A stretch of 64,000 nucleotides of DNA. Source: an uncultured delta proteobacterium. Lineage in GTDB: Bacteria; Myxococcota_A; Polyangia; Polyangiales; B10-G4. The stretch is from positions 1,376,001 to 1,440,000 of the forward strand of contig CAVSGI010000010.1 in assembly GCA_963727445.1 (NCBI GenBank), given 5' to 3'. The notes under the pieces were generated by a model. The model had not been told where the DNA came from, made no database searches, and saw nothing but the letters and a program-made list of their open reading frames with translations. Below, one piece after another: positions 1 through 9,034 of the stretch. Positions within the stretch are counted from its first letter, which is position 1. Each line of letters opens with the position of its first letter. Position numbers and translations under genes: made by a program.

Positions 1-479
1 ATCTTGAGCGTGCCGTCCTCGCAGAGGAAGAGGTTGGAGGGCTTGAGATCGCGATGGACCACCTGGGCGCGGTGGGCCGCCGCCAGACCGCTGGCCGCCG
101 CGAGGGCGAGGCGATGCGCCGTGTGGACGTCCAGGCGTTCTCTCGCGATGCGTTCCGCGAGGGACTCGCCGACGAGGAGCTCGAAGGCGATCCAGGGCAC
201 CCCCTCGTCCACCCCCGCATCCACCACCTCGACGATGTTGGGGTGGTCGATGCGGATGCGCGCCTCCCGCTCGAAGCGAGCGCGCTCGGCCCGTGTACGG
301 ATGCCGCTCGAAAGCAGCATCTTCACCGCGACCTCTCGGCCCTCCGGATCGGTGGCGCGGTAGACGACGCCCATGCCCCCGCGACCCAGGACCTCCCCGA
401 GCTCGTAGTGGCCGACCCGCCCGCGCCCGGGCGCGTCGTCGCGATCCTGAGCGCCCGCGTCGTCGACCATCGCGCGCAT
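1..479 (-). CDS. Ser/Thr protein kinase, N-terminal part (runs off the window)
   Basis: Manual minus-strand translation from ATG 479 (or 470): YELGEVLGRGGMGVVYRA..VAVK..HPNIV..HRDLKPSNLFL..LKI. Not in the ORF track because there is no stop inside the window. Confidence 0.9.
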   Translation of the reverse strand, partial: MRAMVDDAGAQDRDDAPGRGRVGHYELGEVLGRGGMGVVYRATDPEGREVAVKMLLSSGIRTRAERARFEREARIRIDHPNIVEVVDAGVDEGVPWIAFELLVGESLAERIARERLDVHTAHRLALAAASGLAAAHRAQVVHRDLKPSNLFLCEDGTLK

Positions 480-548
480 TATCGGATCAACACCCCCGAG
501 GTGCGAGGATCGTGACCCGCAAATCGGGCGGGCCGCCAAATCCGTGCG

Positions 549-719
549 TCAGGAGACGAGCAGGGCGAGCGAGGCGCTCAGGAGCGCGATCGTCACCAAT
601 CCGGAGCCGAGGAGCATGGCCAAAAGAGCCCGAGAAATGGGCTCCTCGACCGGCGGGGCCAGGAACGCTGGGGCGACGACGCGAGCGCGAGGATCGAAGG
701 GAGTGTGGGACGAGCGCAT
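549..719 (-). CDS. small hypothetical membrane protein (~56 aa)
   Basis: ORF with a hydrophobic C-terminal helix (ALLAMLLGSGLVTIALLSASLALLVS) that fills the intergenic gap. Start uncertain (719 or 779). Confidence 0.4.
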   Translation of the reverse strand: MRSSHTPFDPRARVVAPAFLAPPVEEPISRALLAMLLGSGLVTIALLSASLALLVS

Positions 720-860
720 GAATCGACTACGACGGCGGCGCGGCTTCGGATCGATCGTGCGTGGGTGTCGTCGGGACACCTACATTTCCCAGAAAAAACG
801 GGAAATATCGCGCAACGACGGACATCGACCCCTTGCAGAAAAGTGGCCTGAACAGCGACC

Positions 861-2795
861 ATGGAAACGCTACGGTTAGTCCCCTTGGTCCTCCCTAAGA
901 ACGAGAGCGCGAAGTCCGGCGAGGTCACGCGGGTCGGACGCTACCAGCTCGCCTTCGAGCTCGCTTCCGGCGGCATGGCGACCGTCTACCTCGCCCGGAC
1001 GGAAGGCCCCGCCGGCTTCGACAAGGTCGTCGCGCTCAAGCGCATCCATCCCCACCTGGCCAAGGAGAAGGCCTTCATCGACATGTTCCTCGACGAAGCG
1101 CGAATCGCGTCGAGGATCAGCCACCCCAACGTTTGTAGCGTCTTCGATTTCGGTGAGGCCGACGGCTCGTTCTTCATCGCGATGGAATACGTGATGGGCG
1201 AGACGGTCTCACGGCTGATCCGTCGCCTGCGCACGGAGAAGGAGCACTACAAGGACCCCCGGCTCCCCGGCCTCGCCGCCAAGATCATCGCGAGCGCCTG
1301 CGACGGGCTCCACGCGGCGCACGAGCTGAAGGGGGACTCCGGCGAGCTCCTGCAAGTGGTCCACCGCGACGTCTCGCCCCAGAACCTCTTCCTCGCGTAC
1401 GACGGCACGGTCCGCGTGGTGGATTTCGGCATCGCCCGCGCCGCCGGCCGCCTCCACGAGACGCGCACCGGCACGGTCAAAGGCAAGCTGGCCTACATGC
1501 CGCCCGAGCAGGCGCGCAAGCTCGCGGTCGATCGCCGGGCCGACGTCTGGGCCCTGGGTGTGGTCCTGTGGGAGATCCTCTGCGCCAAGCGACTGTTCAA
1601 GCGCGCGAACGACGTCGAGACGATCCTGGCGGTCATCAACGACCCGATCCCGGCGCCGTCGGAGGTCCGCAAGACCGTCCCCGAGGAGCTCGACCGGATC
1701 GTGATGAAGGCGCTCGCCCGAGACCGCGACGACCGCTACGCCACGGCACGGGAGATGGGCCGGGAGCTCCACCGCTTCCTCGGCACCCTCGACGAGCCCG
1801 TCACCAACGGCGACCTCGCCGACTGGATGGACGAGCTCTTCCCGGTGGAGAAGAAGCAGCGACTGGAGCTCATCGCCGAGGCACGTCGGACGCGGTCTGG
1901 GGCTGTGCCGCAGCTCGTCGATATCGCCGAGGAGCGCTCCGAGTCCGAGGTTCGGCCGATCATCAGCGACACCGACGTGAAGAGCGACGTCGTGACCGAC
2001 GGGAAGACGAGCCGCATCGTGGATACGCCGTCCGTCGCATTCGACGATGGGCTGGCGACGGACGAGGTCCCGAACGCCGACGAGCCGTCTACGGTCGACG
2101 AAGACGCCCCTCCCCCGATCGCTCAGCCGGCGGCGGCGGTCCCCGAACCCATCGACGCAGCGCTCATCGCCCCCGGCCCCAACAAGAAGCTGATCGCCCT
2201 CGGGCTCGGCGTGGCCGCGCTCCTGCTGATCGGCATCGTCGCGCTCTCCTGGGGCGGTGAGGAGCCGGAGGTGGCGGACGCCGAGAGCACCGACGTGGCG
2301 GAGAGCGAAGCGGAGCGCCTGGCTGCCGAAGACGAGGGCGCCAGCGCAACCGAATCCGAGCAGGAGACCGGATCCGTCTTCGACCCCGAGCCCGAAGATG
2401 AATCGGGGACCGAGGCGGAGACGGAGGCGGAGTCAGAGGCGTCCGAGGACGACGATCCCGTGTTCGGACAGGCCGCGGAGACCGAGACCGAAGCGGAGAC
2501 GGACACACCCGAGCCGGATCCACGACCGACCCACCGCCCCTCGATGCGTTGGCAGAGACCGTCGTCGCAGATGAGCAATTCGCACGCGGTGGGCGACGTG
2601 AACATCAGCACCCCGGGCGGATGGGCCGACGTCTATCTCGACGGTCACAAGCTCGGCCGCGCACCGGGTCGCCTGACGGTCCCCGCCGGCCGGACGGTAC
2701 TGATTTTGCGCCCCTTCGGTGGCTCCGAGTCGCGACGCGTCTCGGTCAACGTGCCCGAAGGGGCCACGCGCCGGGTCATCGTCGACCTGAATTGA
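861..2795 (+). CDS. membrane Ser/Thr protein kinase with acidic linker and C-terminal PEGA-like domain
   Basis: ELASGGMATV, VALK, HRDVSPQN, DFG, YMPPEQ, DVWALG; TM helix LIALGLGVAALLLIGIVALSW; C-terminal TPGGWADVYLDG..GRAP. Confidence 0.95.
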   Translation: METLRLVPLVLPKNESAKSGEVTRVGRYQLAFELASGGMATVYLARTEGPAGFDKVVALKRIHPHLAKEKAFIDMFLDEARIASRISHPNVCSVFDFGEADGSFFIAMEYVMGETVSRLIRRLRTEKEHYKDPRLPGLAAKIIASACDGLHAAHELKGDSGELLQVVHRDVSPQNLFLAYDGTVRVVDFGIARAAGRLHETRTGTVKGKLAYMPPEQARKLAVDRRADVWALGVVLWEILCAKRLFKRANDVETILAVINDPIPAPSEVRKTVPEELDRIVMKALARDRDDRYATAREMGRELHRFLGTLDEPVTNGDLADWMDELFPVEKKQRLELIAEARRTRSGAVPQLVDIAEERSESEVRPIISDTDVKSDVVTDGKTSRIVDTPSVAFDDGLATDEVPNADEPSTVDEDAPPPIAQPAAAVPEPIDAALIAPGPNKKLIALGLGVAALLLIGIVALSWGGEEPEVADAESTDVAESEAERLAAEDEGASATESEQETGSVFDPEPEDESGTEAETEAESEASEDDDPVFGQAAETETEAETDTPEPDPRPTHRPSMRWQRPSSQMSNSHAVGDVNISTPGGWADVYLDGHKLGRAPGRLTVPAGRTVLILRPFGGSESRRVSVNVPEGATRRVIVDLN

Positions 2796-2835
2796 CCCTC
2801 CTCACCGCGCGTCCGAGCGCGTATCATCGTCACCG

Positions 2836-3633
2836 ATGCACTTTCTTCGAGTGGCCATTCCCTGCGCCCTCGTGCTCCTCTGGACGTCATCCGTCGCTGC
2901 GCAAGGGGGCATCGCCGAGGGCGTTCAGCTCCTCGAGCGGGCGGAATTCGAGAGCGCCGTGGCGGCTTTCGACCGCGCCGAGGCCGCGACCGAGGGGCTC
3001 AGCCGCGCCAATCTCATCGCGCTCTACGTGAACCGCGCCGCGGCGCAGCTCGCCCTCCAACAGGGAGGCCGGATGCGGGAGGATCTCCGCCGCCTGGCCA
3101 CCCTCAATCCCGACCACCACTTCGACGCCGCGACGCGGCCCGAGATCGTGGAGGCCTTCCAGGGGCTCCGCGGCCGCGAGGTCGTCGGCCTTCGCGCGGA
3201 GGTGAGCGAAGATCCAGGCGGAGCCCGTGTGTCTGGCGAGGTCACGAACGACGTCGAGGAGCTCGCGCGCTCGGTCCGCGTCCGCGCGCGGATCGGCGAT
3301 GGTGATTGGCAAGAGGGCGACGGCTCGCTGGTGCTCCCCGCAGCGGTGGGAGGAACCGTCGAGTACGTGGTGGAGGTGATCGGCCCCGGCGGCGCGGTCC
3401 TCGCCAACGAGGGTACGGAGTCGGCACCCGCGACTCATGCGCTGGGCGGCGCGACCGCCGGCGCGCCGCAGCCCGATGATCCGCTGGCCGACGACGACGA
3501 CGACGGCAACATCGGGCTGATCGTCGGGATCGTCGCCGGCGTGGCCGCCATCGCTCTGGTGGTCGCCATCATCGCGGTCGCCGCGACCAGCGGCAACGAC
3601 CAGACCGCGCCCGACGCGCCGATGATCTTCTGA
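2836..3633 (+). CDS. exported TPR-like protein with C-terminal membrane anchor
   Basis: Signal peptide (..SVAAQ), helical TPR-like N-terminus, beta-rich middle, C-terminal TM helix; follows the kinase. Confidence 0.75.
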   Translation: MHFLRVAIPCALVLLWTSSVAAQGGIAEGVQLLERAEFESAVAAFDRAEAATEGLSRANLIALYVNRAAAQLALQQGGRMREDLRRLATLNPDHHFDAATRPEIVEAFQGLRGREVVGLRAEVSEDPGGARVSGEVTNDVEELARSVRVRARIGDGDWQEGDGSLVLPAAVGGTVEYVVEVIGPGGAVLANEGTESAPATHALGGATAGAPQPDDPLADDDDDGNIGLIVGIVAGVAAIALVVAIIAVAATSGNDQTAPDAPMIF

Positions 3634-3646
3634 TCGGCTCTCCGGC

Positions 3647-5338
3647 TCAGAAGAGCGAAGGCCGCCACACCACGCCCGCGAGGACGAGGAGCGCGTCGAT
3701 GTCCCGACTGGTGAGCCCGTCGACGTCGACGGTGACGTCGAGCTCCGGCAGCGGCGTGAGCAGGATGCCGCCGCCGACCATGTGCTCGAAGTAGCGGTCG
3801 ACGTCGGCGCGGTAGCGCGTCAGCGCCGGACGGTAGTGAATGGAGAGGTCGAAGACGCCGGGGATGATCTCGGCGCCGACGCCCGCGCGGATCGCGTAGG
3901 TCTCGATGAGCTCGCCGGTGGTCACCATCACGGTCAGATCGGCGCGCGCCACGTCGAAGAGACGAACGGCTCGTGCGTTGACCCACCCCGCGAGCTGGTC
4001 GAGGCGGTCCTTCTGGCCGACCTGGATCACCGTGCCCCCCGCCGTCACCGCCACCTTTTCGAGCTCGACCCCCACGTCGGCCGCACCGACCATGCGCGGC
4101 TCGAACTGCCCGGTGCAGGTCTCGTTCTCTGTCGGCGTGGCGGGCGCCCCCGGCACACGCACACAGAGCCAGCTCGGCGGCAGGTAGGACGCGAGCCAGC
4201 GCGAGCGCTCCGGCCGGCGCATGTCGAAGCGCGCGCCCGCACGGAAGACGCCGAGGCGAAGCGTCCCGTCGACGCCGGCCGCGGTGAGCTCGACCTGATC
4301 GGCGCCCCAGGGGTTGTCCGCGTCGAAGAGGTTGATCTCCGCGTGCGCACCGACGCGGGACTCGCCGGGAAACATGTCCACAGTGGCCGTGAGGCGGCGC
4401 TCGTCGATGGCGCCGTTGTAGAGCGACCCGTGGCCGACCAGCGCCACCACCGGACGGAGCGGATGCTCGGGCATTCGGAAGATCGCCTCGAGCCCGAAGC
4501 GGCTGGTGTCGAAGTTGGGGGCGCCGTCGATGGGGTTGGGCACGAAGCCGCCGAAGCCGGCGACGGTGATGCCCGAGAAGTTCGGGGACTGAATGCGCAG
4601 GCCATCCAGCTGTCCGATGGTGCTCGCTGCGTAGCGCATGCGACCGAGCGCAGCGTAGAAGTCCGCCGTCTGGCCGTAGGCGATCTGGAGCTCTCGCACC
4701 CTGAGATACGGCTGCGACGGACGCCCGGCGCGCGTGTCGAGGTTCGGCGCCATCCAGGCCTGGAACGCCGCGTCCGCGTCGATGGAGAGCGGCGTCCCCT
4801 GAATGGGCTCGGCGTGGACCTGCGCGCGAACCGCCACGCGACCGATCCCCGTGCCCTGGCCGCCCAGGGGGAGCATGGCCGCGCCTCCGACACCGAGGGC
4901 CAGGTTCAGGCGATGCTCGGCGGTGGTGACGCCCAGAGGCACGTAGTCCGGTTGCTGCTCCGATGCCGGCAGGGTGGCGTCGGGCCACTGACCGCGGAAC
5001 GCGGCGAGCGGCCGCACCGGCGGCAGCGCCACTTCCTCTTCCGTCCCGGCGTCACGCCGCGTGATCGCGACCCCTCGCGCCCCCAGCTCCACTCCCGACG
5101 GCGGGATCTCGATCGTCGCGTAGGAGGAGGTGACGCCGATGACCTCGTAGCGATGGCGCTGGATCAGCACCCGATCGCCGCGCGAGATCCCCTCGTTGGC
5201 GCCGGGCTCGACGTAGGCACGATCGCCGCTCACGTCCACGACCTGCACCCGGACGCGACGACGCTCCTGAGCCTCGGCTTCCGCCGCGGACAACAGGCCC
5301 AGCAGCCAGAGCGCCATCATCGGAAGCAGCCGCGTCAT
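3647..5338 (-). CDS. putative outer-membrane beta-barrel protein associated with multiheme cytochromes
   Basis: Signal peptide (..AEAEAQ), alternating amphipathic strands in the C-terminal two thirds, terminal Phe (GVVWRPSLF); 4-nt overlap with the upstream cytochrome gene. Confidence 0.7.
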   Translation of the reverse strand: MTRLLPMMALWLLGLLSAAEAEAQERRRVRVQVVDVSGDRAYVEPGANEGISRGDRVLIQRHRYEVIGVTSSYATIEIPPSGVELGARGVAITRRDAGTEEEVALPPVRPLAAFRGQWPDATLPASEQQPDYVPLGVTTAEHRLNLALGVGGAAMLPLGGQGTGIGRVAVRAQVHAEPIQGTPLSIDADAAFQAWMAPNLDTRAGRPSQPYLRVRELQIAYGQTADFYAALGRMRYAASTIGQLDGLRIQSPNFSGITVAGFGGFVPNPIDGAPNFDTSRFGLEAIFRMPEHPLRPVVALVGHGSLYNGAIDERRLTATVDMFPGESRVGAHAEINLFDADNPWGADQVELTAAGVDGTLRLGVFRAGARFDMRRPERSRWLASYLPPSWLCVRVPGAPATPTENETCTGQFEPRMVGAADVGVELEKVAVTAGGTVIQVGQKDRLDQLAGWVNARAVRLFDVARADLTVMVTTGELIETYAIRAGVGAEIIPGVFDLSIHYRPALTRYRADVDRYFEHMVGGGILLTPLPELDVTVDVDGLTSRDIDALLVLAGVVWRPSLF

Positions 5339-6222
5339 CGTCCGCGTCCTCCCGGATGGCAGGAGAGACAGGCGGCGCCGCTGGTCGCGACCGCGCCACC
5401 CCGGTGCTGCTGGCGGATCATGAGGGGCGAGTGCGCGTGGCAGCCGGTGCAGGACACGGCGTTGGTCGCCGGCTCGGAGAGGTGGCAGCTACGGCAAGGC
5501 GCTCCACGGTGCGAGCCGAAGCTGATCGCGAAGCGGATGTCGTGGGTCCGGGGCGCCGTGCTCGTGAGCGGGCTGGTGCGCGGCAGCGCGGTGGGATCGA
5601 CGAACGCCGGCGTCCAGCCGTCCGCGCGGTGACACGCCCCGCAGTCGCGAGGGAAGGGAGGGTTGCCGGCCGTGCCGTCGTGGTTGGGATGGACGCTGCT
5701 GTCGCGGTACTCGCTCTCGTGGCAGGCGTAGCACTCGGCCGGTGTCGCGCTGTACCAGCGCTCGCCGGTTCGCCGGTGGCAATCGGTGCAGGCCGCGAGG
5801 ACGTGCATGCCCGTGAGCGGCAGGCGCGTCTGCCGGTGGATGGTGATGGCGCTCGTCCGGTACCAACCCTGCGCGTTGTGGCAGCGGTCGCAGCTCTGTC
5901 CGAGGCGCCGCTGGTGCGGGTCCTGGTGGCAGCTGTTGCAGTCGCGGCGTACGCGCTGCTCGGGCTGGTGGCAGTTGGTGCAGGCCACCGCGCGGTGGCG
6001 GCCCGAGAGGGGGAAGCCGGTGCGGGAGTGGTCGAAGCCCGATTCGCCGCGCACCGTCCCGGTCACGCCCCACCCCTCGGGGGTGTGGCATGCGCTGCAC
6101 TGGATCCCCTGGGTGATCGACGCGTCGTGTCCCCGGCGTTGCGCCCCAGCGTTCGATCCCAGCACAGCCGCGCCGGCCAGACTGGCGACTGCCGCGAGAG
6201 CGAAGAGTACGCGTCCCCTCAT
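5335..6222 (-). CDS. decaheme cytochrome c (10 CxxCH), exported
   Basis: ATG 6222 overlaps the upstream stop; signal peptide MRGRVLFALAAVASLAGAAVLG; CSACH, CTNCH, CNSCH, CDRCH, CTDCH, CYACH, CGACH, CRSCH, CTGCH, CLSCH. Confidence 0.92.
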   Translation of the reverse strand: MRGRVLFALAAVASLAGAAVLGSNAGAQRRGHDASITQGIQCSACHTPEGWGVTGTVRGESGFDHSRTGFPLSGRHRAVACTNCHQPEQRVRRDCNSCHQDPHQRRLGQSCDRCHNAQGWYRTSAITIHRQTRLPLTGMHVLAACTDCHRRTGERWYSATPAECYACHESEYRDSSVHPNHDGTAGNPPFPRDCGACHRADGWTPAFVDPTALPRTSPLTSTAPRTHDIRFAISFGSHRGAPCRSCHLSEPATNAVSCTGCHAHSPLMIRQQHRGGAVATSGAACLSCHPGGRGR

Positions 6223-8057
6223 CGCTCCGGCTCCTCGTGCGGTGAGGCGTGACAATCGTTGCACTCGTTGTAGCCCAGACGATAACGCACGACCTCGGTG
6301 TCGTTGCGGAGATTGACGGTGGGGTGGCAGCTCGCGCACTCCGCCTGCGCGTGGCGGCCCTCGAGCGCCCAACCCGCCTTGGCCACGTGGTCGAAGCGGC
6401 GGATCTGGAAGATGGTCGTCGTGTGGCAGCTCTCACACGCCTTCTGCGGATCCGTGAGTCGGAACTGACCGGCGTGAACGTCTGCGTGACACCCCTGGCA
6501 CTCCCGCGGCGCGCCGCGGTAGCTCGCGCCGCGCCCCGAACGCCGGTCTTCCTCCGACGGAGAGTGACACGCGTCACAGGTGGTCAGCTCGTGAGCGCCC
6601 GTGAGCGGCCAGGTCGAGTGATCGATGTTCGGGCGATCCCACCCCGCCGCGCTGTGGCAGCTCGCGCATCCCCCCGCTGCCATCTCCCGCGCGAACTGAT
6701 CGCCGTGTGGGTTTTCGTGGCACGTCGCGCATGCCTCCTGGGCGCCGCTCCAAGAGAGGCGCGGGCGATTGTCGTGATGATGGCAGCCGCTGCACGGCAC
6801 GGCCGTGTGACGCCCCTCGAGCGCGAAGCCCGTGGAGGCGTGCATGGTCACGCCGAAGAGGCTGGGCGAGAAGCCTCGCACGGTGTGGCAGCCGCCGCAC
6901 TCGCCGCCCTCGCGGGACGCGAACTCGCCAGAATGCCGATCCTGATGGCACGAGTCGCAGCGGTCGAAGGTCAGCTCGCGATACCGCTCCTGAGGCGGCA
7001 GCCGGCGCTGGTGACATCGGTCGCAATCGACGCTCTCGTGGCGGCCTTCGAGGGGGTAGGCGGTGCGCGCGTGCGCCGCGCGACCGATCCGCTCGGGCAG
7101 CCCCGTCCACTTGATCGACCGGTGGCAGCGCGCGCAGTTGCGGCCGAACTCCGCTTCGTGCACCGGCCGGTGACAGCCGACGCAAGCGCGGCCTGCGCGC
7201 GGTGCGCGGTCGACGCCGGCGTCGTGACATCGTCCGCAGGCGACGCGCGCGTGACCGTTGCGCAAGGAGAGCCCCGGATGGTTGCTGCGCACCGCGCCGA
7301 GGTCGTCCCACCCGCTCTCGTTGTGGCACTGGGCGCAGCGCGGCCCGTACCGGCCGCGGTGAGGATCGGAGTGGCAGCTCGCGCAGGTGCTGAACTCGAT
7401 GCCGCGGTATCGGGGCGGCTCGCCGTGACACTCGCGGCAGGCGACGCTCCTGTGCTCTCCGCGCAGGGCGAAGCGCGAGAGCGAATGATCGAACTCGCTC
7501 ATGCGAACCGTCCGCCAGTTCTGCTCGTTGTGGCAGGTGTTGCATCGATCCCCGAAGCGGCCGCTGTGCGGGTCGTCGTCGGAATGGCAGGAGTTGCAGT
7601 TGGTCCTGAGCCCGAGATAGGTCCGGTTGCCGCGACGGTTGCGGCTATCGTGGCAGCGGCGGCACTGGATCTGGAGGTGACCGCCGCGGAGCGGCCAACC
7701 GGTGTCGTCGTGATTGAGTCGTTCCGGCGATCCGCCGGGCCAGCGCACCAGCGACGTACCGCGCCCGAGGTGCTCAACGTGACAGCTGACACAATCGCGC
7801 CCGCGATATTCGCGCCCGTGAAGCCCGCGATGCGCGCGGATCTGCGCCCCGAGGTCGTTGTGGCAGCGCAGGCAAGCGCTCTCCTCGACCCGCCGGCCGG
7901 AAGCGTGACATCGGTTGCAGTTGTCGTCGCCTTCGAGCTCGCTGTGCGCGCGGCTGAGCGGACCCGGCGAAAGGAGCTGAGCGCGCGCGACGGATGGAGG
8001 TCCCGCCACGACCATGGCGCTGCTGACCAGGAGGAGCGCTATCGTCTGTGGTCTCAC
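6219..8057 (-). CDS. 23-heme cytochrome c built from c7-like triheme repeats, exported
   Basis: GTG 8057 overlaps the upstream TGA; signal peptide ending ARA-Q; 23 CxxCH counted; repeated H..(W/F/Y)(P/A)LxGxH..CxxCH..CxxCHxDxHxG..CxxCH module. Confidence 0.93.
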   Translation of the reverse strand: MRPQTIALLLVSSAMVVAGPPSVARAQLLSPGPLSRAHSELEGDDNCNRCHASGRRVEESACLRCHNDLGAQIRAHRGLHGREYRGRDCVSCHVEHLGRGTSLVRWPGGSPERLNHDDTGWPLRGGHLQIQCRRCHDSRNRRGNRTYLGLRTNCNSCHSDDDPHSGRFGDRCNTCHNEQNWRTVRMSEFDHSLSRFALRGEHRSVACRECHGEPPRYRGIEFSTCASCHSDPHRGRYGPRCAQCHNESGWDDLGAVRSNHPGLSLRNGHARVACGRCHDAGVDRAPRAGRACVGCHRPVHEAEFGRNCARCHRSIKWTGLPERIGRAAHARTAYPLEGRHESVDCDRCHQRRLPPQERYRELTFDRCDSCHQDRHSGEFASREGGECGGCHTVRGFSPSLFGVTMHASTGFALEGRHTAVPCSGCHHHDNRPRLSWSGAQEACATCHENPHGDQFAREMAAGGCASCHSAAGWDRPNIDHSTWPLTGAHELTTCDACHSPSEEDRRSGRGASYRGAPRECQGCHADVHAGQFRLTDPQKACESCHTTTIFQIRRFDHVAKAGWALEGRHAQAECASCHPTVNLRNDTEVVRYRLGYNECNDCHASPHEEPER

Positions 8058-8923
8058 TCGGACCAGATCCAACGATAGCCGTAGAACCAGGCGACTCCGA
8101 TGTGCACCGAAACTGAGAGGATCATCAAGATCGCGAGAAAGCGATGGAGCCCGCGCCAGCTGCGTAGGAGCGCGGTGCCGGCTGCGGTGCCCGCCTCGGC
8201 GCCGGCGAGCTTCGCGGTCTCCTTCGTGATGCGCTTGGCTTCCTCGAGCTCCTCCGGGAGCATCGTCTTCGGGCGCGTGAGCTCGTGAAACGCATCGCGC
8301 ACCACCCTGCGACGCGCGCGCTGCTCCTTCATCCATCGCGGGATGGTCGCGATGGCGCGCATGAGCGAGACGTTGGCCGCCAGGTAGGTGACCTTCTTCG
8401 CGCTCAGCTCTTTTCGGATCATGGCGCCGAGCCCCGGCAACAGCTCGTCCAAGGCCATCAGGTTGTCCGCGATCTGTTGGCTGTCCGGCTTGGGTGCGAT
8501 GGCGTAGAAGTACCGACCGATCACGCCCGTGAGCACCACCATCGAGAGGCTGGCAGATGTGACAGTTGCGATCGGTGTACGCAGTTGGAACGCCGAGTGG
8601 AACAGGATCAGCAGCGAGCCCACGAGCCCCGTCACTACGTGCATGTTCAGCCAGGCTTCCATCGAGCCCAGGAGACGGAGGCGGGCGACGCGCCGGCGAA
8701 CCAGATAGAGCAGATTCGTGAGAATCAAAAAGGTTCCGACGATTCCGTAGCCATGTCCGACGATGCTGCCAGGGCTCAGCACGCGGTAGTCGTCGTGCAT
8801 CACGCGGTCCTGGAGATCCATCGTGTAGAAGTCCCAGCCACGAGCCAGGAGCACCGCCGTCGTCCCCACGAGTATCAACAGGAGCAAGAAGCGGGCCCGC
8901 TTGGGCCGCATCTGTTGCTCCAT
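8054..8923 (-). CDS. inner-membrane protein, cytochrome b / ferric-reductase-like with four His
   Basis: About five TM helices with His pairs WLNMH..ILFH and WRGLH..VSVH; GGGAG RBS before ATG 8923 (the ORF-track start at 9376 overlaps the divergent gene). Confidence 0.75.
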   Translation of the reverse strand: MEQQMRPKRARFLLLLILVGTTAVLLARGWDFYTMDLQDRVMHDDYRVLSPGSIVGHGYGIVGTFLILTNLLYLVRRRVARLRLLGSMEAWLNMHVVTGLVGSLLILFHSAFQLRTPIATVTSASLSMVVLTGVIGRYFYAIAPKPDSQQIADNLMALDELLPGLGAMIRKELSAKKVTYLAANVSLMRAIATIPRWMKEQRARRRVVRDAFHELTRPKTMLPEELEEAKRITKETAKLAGAEAGTAAGTALLRSWRGLHRFLAILMILSVSVHIGVAWFYGYRWIWSE

Positions 8924-9034
8924 CCGCGTGAGACTCCCCGTGTGGCGCATGAGCGGCCCCATGCTGCCGACCGCGCCGCTGGTGTCAACGTGAAAAGTAC
9001 GCTCGCGGCCATTGATTGGCGATAGTTTACGAGC

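Noticed and set aside
8924..9034. Sigma-54 promoter in the divergent cytochrome/flavoprotein spacer
   Set aside because: TTGGCG is present but lacks a correctly spaced -12 GC element.
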